Positions 1-17,255 of a DNA stretch of 64,000 bases are shown piece after piece. Positions within the stretch are counted from its first letter, which is position 1; each line of letters starts with the position of its first letter. Below the pieces are notes generated by a model. It searched no databases. It was not told the origin of the DNA and was given only the letters and a program-made list of their open reading frames with translations. Source of the stretch: the human T2T-CHM13v2.0 reference genome, Homo sapiens; the NCBI RefSeq assembly GCF_009914755.1, contig NC_060927.1; one strand, given 5' to 3'. The position numbers and the translations under genes are program-made.

Positions 1-123
1 CCACCAGACCAGAAGTCCCCAAAAGGAGGCCTTCAGGCTGGTTCTAGTTAACAGGCATGTTTAAATCTGAGCAGACAGCTGAAAAATCACAAGATTCCAC
101 AGTTTTAAAAAATCCAGATTTCT

Positions 124-509
<386 letters not shown>

Positions 510-1176
510 TCACCTCCCTTCCACAGAGGCTGAGAGTCCACTGTATGTTCTTCTCTATCCCAAACAGAAAGCAAAAACTGAGGGGTCTGAGAGTTTCAAG
601 AAAAATGAGTGACATCAGAGAGCTCTGAGAGAGTGAACACAGCCTTCCTGCTTCCCAGGCTAACATGGTGCACCGGTGTCAGAAGAACCAGCTTTTCCTT
701 GCATGTGCAAGCCTCACTCGCTCATGTGCCTAGTCTGGCCCCAGCAGGTATGGGAAGATGCAATCCCTGTGTTAGATTCTAAGTGCCATGAAGGCAGAAC
801 CATGTGCAGTTCAGTTCACAATTCCTCTCTACCAGCTAACACAGATTTGGCATAAAATAAAATGAGTAACCATGTGATGAAGGAGGGAACAAAGGCAGCC
901 AGGAGCCCATGTTCTTGAATGATTCAACCCCACAGAAGCCATTTCAAGGTGAAAGAGCTCCTGAAGCCCAGCAATTCTTCTTTCTCTCACCTCACCTTCT
1001 TTCTGCATTACAGCTTACCCACCCACCCACCAAAATCAAGTTTAGTTCAAGGGGAAGTTTAGCCCTCTGAGCCAGCTAGGGATAGAATGGGTAAAACAAG
1101 GCAGTCGGTGGTGTGGGTCCTCAAAGCCTGACACCAGCCAGCCACAGCGCACCCTCTGGGTAATGCCACTACTCAC

Positions 1177-1308
1177 GCTTAACGAGGTATCCTGGGGAGT
1201 GGGCAGCGACGACGTGCAGGACAGTGCAGCCATCCCCATCCTTCTGGTTAATGCGGCCTTTCCACTCGGGCTTGTGATCCATTAACCACCGGAAAAGATG
1301 GTTTTCTC
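1177..1308 (-). CDS. TRANK1: TRANK1 coding exon 8 (RENHLFRWLMDHKPEWKGRINQKDGDGCTVLHVVAAHSPGYLVK), ankyrin repeat
   Basis: ttcccttcag|GA GAA...AAG C|gtgagt; 132 nt, phase 1-1; 'INQKDGDGCTVLHVVA' matches the ankyrin consensus; the gene continues left of the window. Confidence 0.95.
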
Positions 1309-1544
1309 CTGAAGGGAATTAAAATGACTTACTAATGTTTTCCACATACAGAAAGTCAGCAAAGTTAATTTGTGCAGAAGCAATAGATTAAAAAGAAAGA
1401 AAGAAAATCAGCAAAGCAAGTCAGTGTGGACCACGCTAAGGTAACCAAATGAGGAATCCAACATACGTTTCCACTCACCACAAACAGGTGTGGGGAGATG
1501 CAGGCGTTTGTCAAGTGAGAGGATGAGTTATAGAAAGCTACCCA

Positions 1545-1960
1545 TAATCATCGTAGGTCAGGTTCCCTAGAAGCCTGAGACAGGGATTCTTATACATGTG
1601 ACTGAGCAAGAGATAGCATGAGAGAGAGCAAGGGAGGCAGGACAGGTAGGGGAAGCAGCTAAGCAAGGTTGTGATCCTAGTAGGGTCACTCCAGCCTGAC
1701 CTCATGAGCAGCCCTGCAGCAGGAATGCACCACAGCCTGGAGCCACCTTGAGGCACTGGGGCTGGCCTTTTGAATCCCCATGTCAGTCAATCAAGAGCTA
1801 CAGAATGCACTCAGGGAGAGGCAAGGTCCAGAGAGAACCTCTCTGGGAAGTGGTTTCTGTTGACAAAGAGCAACTCTCTGCCCAAGGGGCCAGCTGTGGG
1901 TTGTTAGCAGCTAACATTGACAACAGGTGGGGGTGAGGGGGTTGGTGGCAAAGAGGATCT
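1545..1960 (-). mobile_element. LTR16-family (ERVL) LTR fragment
   Basis: GGTCAGGTTCCCTAGAAGC...GAGACAGGGATTC and CCAGCCTGACCTCATG resemble LTR16. Confidence 0.55.
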
Positions 1961-2374
1961 GGGTGAGGCACAACAGCCTCCACTTTAATAATCAAGCCAG
2001 TATCTCTGATAAGATTACCCTACTACATTACTATCAATAAGACATATATATTGAATTCTTTTCCCAGACTCCTTCCTTGGAGTTCCTGCGATCTAGGAAA
2101 GCCACGCACCTCTGCCAACTCTTTGGATGCCAATTTGTCACCATGTCAGAGTTCTCTGAGAAACAAATCAATGATTAAAACGTACCACCTTGAAGGCTCA
2201 ATCTTACTGATACCACCTATAATCACAGGAACTAACTTAAAAGTAGACACAATGGGGAATCATGACATTCATAACCAGAGCCACGCTTCTCTGCATTCCA
2301 GTTTCCTCACTTGAAACTGGGAGGATTAGATTGCGTAGCTTTCAATCAGGCTTTACTTTTAAATGTTTTATCTA

Positions 2375-2704
<330 letters not shown>

Positions 2705-3549
2705 TTATAAATTCCCCACTATATGAAATGAATAACACCAGGACAAATCTGGCTAAAGCAAAGACAGGGGTCCCAGGCCTCAAGCCCATGGCCACCTCCC
2801 ACACCCCCATTCCTGGGGAGATGATACAGCCTACAAGAGGTAGACTAGACAAGTTCTCTCGGCCCTTTCTGGCACTAAACTGCTATGGGTGAATGTCCCA
2901 CAGTGCTGCTACGTGTGCTTGGAAAGAAAAACAAACTTCTATCTAAAGTGTGAGTGTGTGCATATGTGTGTGTTAATGATAAAATAAAAATATTTTTAAA
3001 GTTAAAGCCTATAACCAGATGGCAAAGCTTAAAAAAGAATTTCATGAAAATAGCAGTCCTTTAAAAGAAGCACAGCCAAACTGTATCAGCAACAGCTCAT
3101 GTCTCCCTTGGGATACCCCCAGCCAAGGGACTATGTTCTGTGTCCCACAACACAGCCGTCAACCCTAGAGTGAAAATGAACCGAGAGAAATAGACCAAAG
3201 CTGCCTATGCCGGAAGGAGGAAACTCTGCAGGTCTCCTGGGAGTGTTGCCCAGCAACAGCTGTCTGTCCTAAGTCCCTTCCATGGGTCCCAGGGCTCCAT
3301 CCTCCTGCCAGGATCTGCCTAGAGTCACAGAATCCTTTCCGTTTGGACCTCCTGCAGCTACTAGGTGCCAGGAAAGATAAAAATGATACTATTTTCCTGC
3401 TGCTTCATTCATTTGAATAATCAGATCATTTGAATATTCAAATGGTCTGCATTCAAGTGGCTTAATTCTAGTTTCACTTGAGCTCAACAGAGTTCCAGAA
3501 CTAGGCTAGAAGGGCAGCTTGGAGGGTGGAAAACTGGGAGAAGACTCAC

Positions 3550-3688
3550 TGGCTTGGATACAGAGTCGCATGAGGGCATGAAGGGGATACGGTCCTATAG
3601 TCTCAACACTTGCACCAATGGAGATGAGCCACTGGACTAACTTGGGCACTTGTTCCATCTTCTCATAAAGTCCAATGAAAACGTATTT
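3550..3688 (-). CDS. TRANK1: TRANK1 coding exon 7 (KYVFIGLYEKMEQVPKLVQWLISIGASVETIGPYPLHALMRLCIQA), ankyrin-like
   Basis: ttttccccag|AAA TAC...GCC A|gtgagt; 139 nt, phase 0-1. Confidence 0.95.
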
Positions 3689-3892
3689 CTGGGGAAAAAA
3701 AACACACAGGACAAATTATGGAAGTCACTAATCAATATGAAGCTTCAAACTCCTTTACCCATAAAGTATGGAATCAGTAAAACTTGGATTAGCTGTGGTC
3801 CAAGCCTAGGATTATTATAAATAACAAATTTGTGGTAAGGCAGCTGAAGGAGAAAGTACAAGACACAAGGAAGTGTATGTTTCAAGAAATCG

Positions 3893-4200
3893 CCTTGCGA
3901 GGCGCAGTGATTCACGCCTATAATCCCAGCACTTTGGGAGGCCAAGGTGGCCGATCACCTGAGGTCAGGAGTTCAAGACCAGCCAGGCCAACATGGCGAA
4001 ACCCCATCTTTACCAAAAAATACAACAATTAGCCGGGCACTGTGGTAGGCGCCTGTAATCCCAGCTATTCGGGAGGCTGAGGCAGGGAGAATTGCTTCAA
4101 CCCAGGAGGAGGAGGTTACAGTGAGCTATCATGCCACTGCACTCCAGCCTGGGCGAAAGGGCGAGACTCAGTCTCAAAACAAAACAAAACAAAACAAAAC
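3893..4200 (+). mobile_element. Alu with (CAAAA)n tail
   Basis: Alu dimer. Confidence 0.95.
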
Positions 4201-4240
4201 ATATATATATATATATATAGATATATATAGATATATATAT
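4201..4240. repeat. (AT)n microsatellite
   Basis: Direct read, two G interruptions. Confidence 0.95.
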
Positions 4241-4248
4241 CACCTTAC

Positions 4249-4332
4249 CTCAAAGAGACTTTTCAGTGATAACTCTGGGACATGAATATTTCTTGGTAAT
4301 CGGTCTTTTTTTGCTGACAGAAGCAGAAATGA
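4249..4332 (-). CDS. TRANK1: TRANK1 coding exon 6 (SFLLLSAKKDRLPRNIHVPELSLKSLFE)
   Basis: ttctcccaccag|TCA...GAG|gtaagg; 84 nt, phase 0-0. Confidence 0.95.
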
Positions 4333-6987
4333 CTGGTGGGAGAAGACAGAAAAGGCTGGAATAATAATGTTCTCCACATAGGTTATTAAAGCAAAAAAGT
4401 TATTTTAAGCTTTAAAACAAGCAAATAAAAAAAAACCACTCTCTAGCCTTGTCTTTTTTTAAAGTGCTTGCCAAGTTTTTCAGCTATTTGCTGTGACAAT
4501 TAAAGTCTCTGTCTAGCCAACTTCCTGTTCCTGCTGAGGACTAAGGCCCCTCCACACTTCCTCAAAGCCTGCTGAGGACAGGAGCAGATGATGTCATGTA
4601 GCATTTCACAGCATAGTTGCAATGAGATTACAAAAAAAAAAGAGTAATTCCCTGCCAAGTTCTTAAGGCTTAGCAAGTGGAAGACTCAAATCCTTTAGAA
4701 ATATCCCATCCCAATCAATTATTCCTCACATCAGCGTTTTAAAAGCCCCAAGTACTTGGAGCCCATTAGACCCTGTCAATGGTGTGCTGCAGCCGGCTCC
4801 TATCAGCTACTGAGTTGATGATGCACATCTCCTCCTAACTCCAAGTCTTGTATGTCATATTAGTAGCTGGAAATTGGCCATGGTGAGAGTATTTATACTA
4901 CCAAAGTTAGCAAATGCTACAAATCGGGACCTTTTCTTTTCAGAGACCCAGTTGTTAAACTACTGACCCTATCTAAAGTTGCTGAAGAGACTAAATCCCA
5001 GAGAAGTTAAGCCAGTTTTCACAGGTCTCACAGCACATCTTGAGAAGCCCCTACTGAGATCATTCAGGTATGCTAACAGATCTAAGAATTCCCGGCTCTG
5101 TTATGACCATGACTGGAGACCCAGTCTCAGCTCCAGCCTCTCTCATGTATGGCTTTTGCCAGTGGACTTAGGACCACAGGAACTGAGCCCATGGCCACAT
5201 CTCACTTCTAGTTTCTTTCAGATTGATACCCATTCTTTTTTTTTTTTTGAGACAGAGTCTCACTCTTGTTGCCCTGGCTAGAGTGCAGTGGTGCAATCTC
5301 AGCTCACTGCAACCTCTGTGATGCCCATTCTTAACTTTTTGCCCTAAACAAGCCTCGCTGCCCACACTCAACCCCACATGATAAGTTCAGCATTCTAGTG
5401 GGCAGATTGCTGGCCTTTTAAAAGATGCTTCTGTCTGCAGTATTTGGGAATTACCAGAGCCTCACTGCAGGTAGGATGTTGGACCTGCCACTTGGGCTGG
5501 ATTCCTGGGCCCTCCCTTGACTGGCTGGGATAATAATCTATTAGGAGTTGCCTGTCTCCCATTCTCTCATTCTCTGCCTAGGCCATGGAGCTCTATTCAT
5601 ATCCACCCCACACTGGGAAGAGAGGACAAGGTTCTTTCCCTGAGTGCAGTAAATTAAACTATCTTCCTGCTAATGAGGCCTAAGGCCTCCTGCTCACAGA
5701 TCTACCCTAGCACTTGGAATCACAGAATTTCAAAACTTTTTAAAAAATAAAGCTGGAAGGATCCTTATAAATCTCTTAGGCCAGCTACCTTATCCCAGGA
5801 GAAAATATCTCAAATGTCTTTTAATGGGACCCTGGATTTCTGACTACTGGTTCCCCAAGAGTTCAGTCTGCCTTCCTCAACCCTGCTGCCTGCCCTCCCA
5901 AGATTTTTTAATACAGGGGTAAGCTTCAGGGAGCCCATGGCTGGACTCCAGGAGGTTTCCCATGAACCCCCTGAAACTATACACATAATTGTCAGTGCAT
6001 GACAAGAGAGCCCCACAGATTTCATTCGATTTCCAACAGAATCCATTACCTTGCCCAAAATTTAAGAATTCTCTATTCTAAAGTCATCCAACCTGCTAGG
6101 ATCAGGAGTCCTTAATAGGTTGCCCTTGTTTTTGGTGACTTTTCTGGACTGCCCAGCTTTTGAAAGCCCAGGAGGGCTGTTCTAACCAAATTCGTAGCTT
6201 GGCCAGCCCATTCTCATGAGCACTTATAGCCTATCACCAATGACGACTACTATTCACTGGGCACTTAGAATATGCCAGGTATTATAAAACCCCTCAGCTC
6301 AATGCCTGGCACTGTAAACCTTCCACAAACATTACCTGATAGGTGCTCTTGTCCATTATTTCTGATCTCACCAAAACTCTGAAGAAATAGGTTTATATAA
6401 TGCAACTTACAAATGAGGAAATAAGACTCAAAGGGGAAGTAATTAGCCCAAAATAGTAAGTGGGGGATTCTGATTCAAGGACACATCTGTGTGACACTGA
6501 AGCCCAGACCTCCACAGTCCACTCACTCCTCCATTCCATGGATTCCTGGCCCTGGGTTCAGGTCCTACAACCTCACTTAGCCACTACCCAAATGTTAGCA
6601 GCCCCTCAAAACCACATGGGAACCCTTGTGAGCAGCCCAGATAGGTCATCCGGGAACACACTAGCTAAAGCAGTATAAAAAAGGATTGTGAAAATGAACA
6701 CACAGCTTTGTTTTTCTCATTCCATATTACCATTAGCATCTGTACTTTACATTTCTTTGATGACAGTGGAGACACAGATCTAAGCGTTTTTCCCATTTTT
6801 AAAAATAAATGGAAACTGGCTAATTAATCTATCTCAAAGACTTTTCATCTTTAATGATATCCTAGTTAAAAATTTACCCTGGCATCAAGATCAACAAATA
6901 ATAAATTACAATCCCTCAATGCCAATGGAAAGGAATCATTTCATCAAGAATGTACTCTCCCCGTGAGAGCCATCTCCTTTTACTTAC

Positions 6988-7106
6988 ATGCCATAATCCT
7001 TTCTTTGCCAACTTTTCTATTACAGATTGCCACACTTCTGTTGGGAATCCAGTTGTGAAAATATGATCAAAGCAAGGCAAGAAACTTTGCAAAACAATGG
7101 AGTCAC
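6988..7106 (-). CDS. TRANK1: TRANK1 coding exon 5 (SDSIVLQSFLPCFDHIFTTGFPTEVWQSVIEKLAKKGLWH)
   Basis: tttcttttag|GT GAC...CAT|gtaagt; 119 nt, phase 1-0. Confidence 0.95.
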
Positions 7107-8060
7107 CTAAAAGAAAGTTTCATAATTTAGGGATTTTAATGTGGGGAAAGTCTACAGCATTTGGGAAAAGGTCCTCCAATTAAGTTCACACATAGACAAA
7201 TGGTAAATTAAAGATACCCTAAAGAAAGGCATTTTCAAAGTAGTATGAAGTCCTTTATAATTGGTTGAAGTGGCAATTATTTTCAGTTCATCATAAAATC
7301 AATCCCCTAAGAGTTAGGCAGGATAATTAACATTCGCTTTGCCTTTCTAGTTGCCAAGCCCAGTGATATGTGCTTATGTTCAATACCTCAAATAAACCAC
7401 TAAGGAAGTGCCTATTATCTCCACTTATAGAGGAGGAAATGGAAGCTTAAGTTACAAAACTCACTTCCTTTAAGAAAAATGTGACAAATATTGTTACCCA
7501 AAACATTAGAAACTATGACAAATGAAGATAGGTTTCATGGCATATCATGCAGTTAGTTCATGACAAGAAACAAGACTGGAACCCAGATCTACCAACTCTT
7601 GTCATCAATACACATTCTTCTGACCTGGTGGCCCATCGACCTATTGCACCTGGTGATCCTCCAACCATATTTCTCAAATTCATGGATGAGAATGTCCAAG
7701 GGGACAGGTCAAGACTCAGAATAACTTGGCACCTCTTCCAAGGTTATTAATTTCAAAAAATAAGTAAATATCAAAACAAACGCATACTATATGAAATGAC
7801 ACAAAGTTTCCCATAAATATGTTTTTCAAAATTTAGAAACTGGGCGACGCCAATTTCTTTACCTTCCAAAAAGGAGTACTTTGGTAAAGTATTGGCTGCA
7901 TCATCTTAAGAAGTCCTGTTAACTGCCCCCTTTCAGGTTGGGGGCAGAATGAAAACCACCCAGGTTATCTTAAGGGGCAGCCATCAAGAAGCAGTTGTTT
8001 GGAATTCCCATAACTCCGGCCTGGCTTCTGACAGAACAGTGACATTTAAAAGATGCAGAG

Positions 8061-8660
<600 letters not shown>

Positions 8661-9519
8661 GATGCAGAGAAGTGCAGGCCAAGTCATTGGGTTTGAAAGA
8701 AAATGAAGCCAGCCCTGGCTACTGTTGGCAAAAGACTGACTGAAGAGCTGTGACCCATCAGCACCTATCTAGAGACTTTCCACTTCCCTGTCTAGGGGAC
8801 ATGGCTGCACCTGCCTCTAACTCCTTCCCACTGCCTGCTACTACTCTAGTCCCCTCTCTGTACCAAACTTGTCAAAATCTGTGAGATTCCACCTACAGAC
8901 CACAGAAGTTGCTTTCCCACAACTGCAATGGGAACAGTTTGATTGATAACGGTCTATCCATTGTCAGCTGTGGTTTCCCCATATTTAAAAACCAAAGACC
9001 ATTTTTCAGAAATTCTAACATGTGCCATTTTTCATATTCTAACATCTCTGAAATCAGGATGTCTTACAATCAATGTTGTCTTTCACTGGCAGAGCATAAA
9101 TTAATAGCACATCTTAGTGCAACTTAAATTTGATCAAACACCGTATTTAAAAACAACAGCCTAGGTATTGGCAGGACTTTAGACTGCACCATCACTGCCA
9201 AGGAGTGAAGTTTATTACACTGTGCTTTACCAGTTTCTGGTTTTGCCTGATCTGGGCCACCAACAAAGCTATGTCTTAGGCCAGGCCATTAGAGTAGTAA
9301 CTTAATGCAGTGACACAAAAGCTTCCCCTCCCTGCTAGGCTGAACACTTGGGTCCTCCGCTGATTCTGCAGTGCCGGGTATTGAGCTTCACAACCCTGAC
9401 ATGGAGCACCCATTATCAGCTTTCACAGGACCCGCCATCGGCCCTTCCAGGTTATCTTCATAGCAAACAAATATTTTCTCAATAGACTGGAAAAATACAT
9501 GTGAAAAAGTACAGGAAAG

Positions 9520-10230
<711 letters not shown>

Positions 10231-10456
10231 TCAAAGTTTTAGTCATTTATGTGAAAAGGACTTCATTGTTTTCACAAAGGCAGAAGCCACCGAAGCATCC
10301 AAAATGCTTTCTAATGTGTGAACTAGATTCATTAAACTGCATAAATCAGCCACAAAGAAACACCCAGAAAGTATCTCCCCATGAGCCTGAGTCCCCAGGA
10401 GCTATTTCAATAAAATAGCAAGGACTTTACAAAAAGTCTCCCCAGTTCCAACTTAC

Positions 10457-10607
10457 TGCTCATAGTGGTGAAGACTCCAACAAGGAAATCAGCAACCGGT
10501 GCCTGGTCTTGGCTTCTCTGCACAAGTCGCAGACCCTCAAAAAACATGCGAGCGGCTTCGTAAGGCTGGTGCAACCTCAGCAAGGAATAACCAGCTCGGT
10601 AGTATCC
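10457..10607 (-). CDS. TRANK1: TRANK1 coding exon 4 (GYYRAGYSLLRLHQPYEAARMFFEGLRLVQRSQDQAPVADFLVGVFTTMS), TPR
   Basis: ctgttccag|GGA TAC...AGC A|gtaagt; 151 nt, phase 0-1. Confidence 0.96.
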
Positions 10608-10720
10608 CTGGAACAGGATAAAAAGCAAAACTGTCATGTACCACATCTCCTTTAACCTGCTGGTGAAAGAAAAAGCAAAATTGGCAACATGGGAAATCCA
10701 ACTCTAAAAGTCTGACTTCT

Positions 10721-12198
10721 GGCTGGGCACAGTGGCTCATGCCTGTAATCCTAACATTCCGAGAGATCAAGGCAGGAGGATCGCTTGAGCTCAAGAGTTG
10801 GAGGCCAGCCTAGGCAACATAGTGAGACCTTGTCTCTACTAAAAAGAAAATAAAAATTAGCTGGGTATAGTGGCACATACCTTGTAGTCCCAGCTACTCA
10901 GGAGGCTGAGGTGAGAGGATTACCTGAGCCCAGGAGATAGAGGCTACAGTGAGTTACAGTCATGCTACTGCACTCCAGCCTGGGCAACAGACTTATATCC
11001 TGTCTTACTTCTATGTAAACATGGATTTCTAACCAACACTGGATACAGGGTTTCCACATTATATTCTGTGCCACATTGCTCCTGTCATTTAACTGCCAAG
11101 AAAAGAATCACTTTCAAATCCATGACTTACATAGCATCTAACATATGACACAGAGAGAAGGAAGAAGGTCTGCTTTCAATTACGTCTCTGGTTGGTTGGT
11201 TTGTTATTGACTGATTGATTGATTGAGACAGGATCTTGCCCTATCACCCAGGCTGGAGTGTAGTGGCATGATCCTGGCTCACTGCTACCCTCTAACTCCT
11301 GGGCTCAAACTAACCTCTCATCATAGCCTCCCAAGTAGCTGGGACTACAGGTGTGCACCACCATGCCCAGATAATTTTTCCATTTTTTGTAGAGACGAAG
11401 TCTTGCTATATTGCCCAAACTGGTCTTGAACTCCTGGCCTCAAGCATCTTCCTGCCTCGGCCTCCCAAACTGCTGGGATTATGAAGCCGGGGTGCAGTGC
11501 AAGTGAGCCACTGCACCTGGCCTTATTTATTAATTCATACTTCAAGTCACAGCTTGGGCCGGAACAAAAGAATGAAAATAATCCTTTGATTAGTGTTCAG
11601 GAAAAGAATGAGATTGACATGAAAACAAAGGTGTTTTTCCTGCCCCTTTCAAAGTAAACACAATTTCCACTGGGTACGTAAGAAAACAAATTGTAATGAC
11701 AAACATTGAGATTTACTGAGTTCTACATTATAAGCAATATTCACGAGAGGCCAAAGAAATATTTGATTTCTATAGAAAGAGGAAAATTACAATGATCAAT
11801 AGAAGAAAATGGTCTAGTTTTGCCTATATACAAATAATATGACTCTTGAATGGGAATAAAATGATATTGCCTACCCCACGTTGATCACCTGAATCAGCAT
11901 CAGGGATCTACCAAAACAATTTTCTGTCTCAGATAACAGAAAGCCGGGTGTAGTGACTCTAGCCTGTAATTCCAGCACTTTGGGAGGCCAAGGCAGGAGG
12001 ACTGCTTGAGCCCAGGAGTTCAAGACCAGCCTGGGCAACATAGTGAGACCCTGTCTCTACAAAAAAAAAATTTGTTTTCATTAGCTGGGCATGGTGGTGC
12101 AAGCCTGTAGTCCCAGCTATTCCAGAGGCGGAGGGAGGAGGATCACATGAGCCCACGAGGTGAGGCTCCAGCCTGGGTGACAAAGCAAGACCCTGTCT

Positions 12199-12237
<39 letters not shown>
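10721..12237. mobile_element. Three AluJ-like elements
   Basis: 10721-11005 (+), 11225-11522 (-), 11943-12237 (+). Confidence 0.9.
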
Positions 12238-12239
<2 letters not shown>

Positions 12240-12486
12240 TAACAGGTGTTCACCAACTGGGTTCATAAAAAAGGAAGTACTTTAAAACTCCACGTAACAC
12301 CAAATTTCTGGCTATTTAATGATTTGTTTTAACTTTCATTTTGAAAGTCTAAAGACCTCAGATAACAATCAAAGAGAGGAGGAAAAAAAAGTGTGTTTCG
12401 TTTTTTCTAACTAGGCAAGCTGATAATCTCCCATTTCTTTGCCTTCCTCAGATTCAAGGTTGTTTTTTTTTTTTTTTTTGAGGAAG

Positions 12487-13061
12487 ATGAAGGGGATCAG
12501 AATATGCCACCCTAAAATATGCCACTTTGGCATAAGGATTATTTCGAGCTGAAGGTATCTGAGATTCAACAGATGCAAAAAGAAGCCTCCCCTGAGCTTC
12601 ACTTAACTGATTAAAAAGCAGAAACTCTGAAGAAATGAGGACTGCCATAAATCTTCTCTCCCAGGGAAGTTTTATGGCCATGAAGAAGAGAGAAATTGAG
12701 CACCAAGACTGGCCTGAACAAACCTTGCTAAGATAGCCCCTTATCTTCCACTACGTTCCCACATATATACACCTTCCCACAGTTTGCAGCCCCTAGAGAC
12801 CTAAAACTCTTTTCCTTTATCTTGTCGCATCCCCACAATTTATTATTCTTTATTAAAAATATCATAGAAGATCTCAGGCCTGTCCACATTTTTTGGAGCT
12901 TTACCTCTCTTCTAGAAAGATTCCTTTGACACATAAAAGTGAACATCAAATGAAATCTGTGTGCTTTTCTCTCGTTAATCTGTCTCTTGTCAATCTGATT
13001 TGCAAGGCCTCAGCCACTGAACCAAAAGAAGGTAGAGGGAAAATTTTTTGCCTTGCCTGTA
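12487..13061 (+). mobile_element. MER34-family solo LTR
   Basis: TGAAGGGGATCAGAATATGCCACCCTAAAATATGCCACTTTGGCATAAGG start; GGTAGAGGGAAAATTTTT near the end. Confidence 0.7.
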
Positions 13062-13377
13062 GAGGACAATTGCGGTGGGGAAGGGGAGAGAGGATGGAGA
13101 GAGACTCCCAGGAGTTCTGGGTAAGAACTAGGAAGTGGCCCTGGTTGCTGTGCTGTCAGGGGCTGCTGCAGGTTTGGCCAATCAAGGAAGAAGCCCCTTG
13201 ATGTAAGAGCATCAAGTCCCTTGGGCCACAGTCACAGCCTCCACTTCCGGGATTTGGGCAAAACCCAAATATTAATACTGTCCCAGCGAGAGGATTGGGA
13301 ATATCCTAAAATACCTTTGGGAAGAAATTTCCCAGGAATGCACTCCCATTTTCAAAACTAGTCAATAAATTCTAAAG

Positions 13378-13583
13378 CAGAGGTATCCAATCTTTTGGCT
13401 TCCCTGGGCCATATTGGAAGAAGAATTGTCTTGGGCTACTTATAAGATCCACTGACACTAACAATAGCTGATAAGCTTTAAAAAAATAACCGCAAAAAAA
13501 AATCTCAATGTTTTAAGAAAGTTTATGAATTTGTGTTGGGCCACATTCAAAGCTGTCCTGGGCCAGGGGTTGGACGAGCTTGT
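13378..13583 (+). mobile_element. MER30 (hAT-Charlie MITE)
   Basis: CCAATCTTTTGGCTTCCCTGGGCC...GGGTTGGACGAGCTTG matches the MER30 consensus. Confidence 0.85.
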
Positions 13584-14509
13584 TCTAAAATATTCATCTT
13601 CCAATAAGAAGTTTAAGAGTCAGTGTCTACTTATTATGTAAAATATCCAAATCCCTCTCTTAAAGTTAAAGTACTCTATAGGTCAAACCTCCACCACTCC
13701 CTTTCCATTGTATTTTGTTTCTAGCAGTCACACATTATGTGTTGCTTCAGATGCTCCAGAGTGGCTATTGAATTTAAGGCCTCTGAATGTAGTGCTCTTT
13801 TTCTCCCCAGATTGAATGCAAACTACTCAAGAGCTGGGATGAGTCTTCTGCTCCTTTTGTCTGCCTTGAGGCACCAAGAACAGTAAAGGTGCCATGAAGA
13901 GTGGCACTCAGGGCATTTCTGATGAAAAAACAATCAAATGATGTTTATTGACCTTTGTTAACAATCTTAAAGGGTCTTAGTGGCCTCTCAAACTCCATGA
14001 TCTCTCTGAAGAGCTGGTTTCTACTATAAGAAATGCCTTCTGAAAAATTGGTTTTGTGTCACCCACCCAGCTTGCATTTGAAGTAAAGCTTTGCTCAGAT
14101 GAAACTTGCGAACGGCAAAGAACATGCACAGATTATGAGTTTGGGTGTAACTATATCAGAACAAAACAAGTTCCTCTGTGATCTCCATTGTGCTCCATCC
14201 ACTAGGAGGCCAAGCTCTGCTGTTCCTACAAAGTGCATTTCAACACTAGGCGATCCTTGTTTTTACTCTTCTCCAGATAATGATCACATGCCCCATGGGC
14301 ATCTGTCTGAAGATGCAAAGAGATCTAGAAGAACTCCTAGCATTTCCACTTTTAAAAGGAATGGAAAGAGGCAGGCTAAAAGGAAGGAGGCAGCAGCTGC
14401 CACCCCCAGGTGCCACTGCCCCACACTTTCTCTCATCCTTTCATACCTTCATCCACCACCCCAATACTCTCAAGTCATCTCCCCACACCTTCACCCTCCC
14501 ACCCCATAC

Positions 14510-14636
14510 CTTCACGTAGGTTGGATCCCATTGGAGACATTCCTTGGCAGCAACAAATGCCTCATTCCACTTCCCAAGGCTGAAAAATGCATTTGATTTG
14601 TTGCACAGCAGCACAGCCAAGTCCCTCGGGGGAACC
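14510..14636 (-). CDS. TRANK1: TRANK1 coding exon 3 (VPPRDLAVLLCNKSNAFFSLGKWNEAFVAAKECLQWDPTYVK), TPR
   Basis: gttcttacag|G GTT...AAG|gtatgg; 127 nt, phase 2-0. Confidence 0.96.
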
Positions 14637-15283
14637 CTGTAAGAACAAACCGGTGGTCTGTCATGGTTCTGCAAATACAGAAAACAGTCTGTGAAGTCCC
14701 CCCATTCGGTGCTGGCTGCTGCCATCAGGAAGGGGGTTTCAGTAGGAAATGACTCATTCATGCTTATCAGATCAGTCTCCCAGACCCCAAACGAGCCTGG
14801 AACATTTACAATATATAAATCTGTCCTTCCTCACTCCCAAATACTCTGCTCCCGTCTTTTAATGACAATTGTTCTCAACAGGTTGGTTCCATCTCTCACT
14901 GATCTCCACGCATAATCATTTCATCTCCATTGCCAGCCCTCAGAAGAATCGGCTTCAGGTAAGAGGCCTGTGCAGGCCCTGGGAGCAGGGCCTATAAGGC
15001 AGGGAATTCCATAGTCTTGGTACCCACAGTGTAGACCAAAGGGGATGCAAGAACTCTGGGTGAGTACGGCCCTGGCCCCACAGACTCCTGCCTGTGAGGA
15101 GGGGCACAGCTGGAAGATGGCCAAAGGAGGGCCCTTTAAAGCGCAGCAGGGCAGGGATGGCTCTGGCCTTGGTCTAGAGGTAATATAGCTGCAAGTTAAT
15201 GCTGAAACCAGGCCAGAAGAAAAAGGAAAATTCAAAGCAAACCACAATATGTCAAGAGAAGCCCAGCTACCAATGGAATATAA

Positions 15284-15898
<615 letters not shown>

Positions 15899-16119
15899 TC
15901 TTAATCGTAAAAATAATACAAATCACTGTAGAATAATACAAAAATCACTGTAGATAATGCAGACAAGCACAAAAATATTAATAAACAAAGGAAAAATCAC
16001 CTCCATTACTGTCCCCACCCTCGATGTTTTGTGTCTGGCTTCTTTCATGGCCCAACATTCCCTCTAGGTGAAGGGATGAGGCCCCAGAAGCACACAGGAG
16101 GCAGTGGGGTCAGGCAGTG

Positions 16120-17255
<1,136 letters not shown>

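Noticed and set aside
14099-14596. 165-aa plus-strand ORF
   Set aside because: Antisense to TRANK1 exon 3, no domain or splice support
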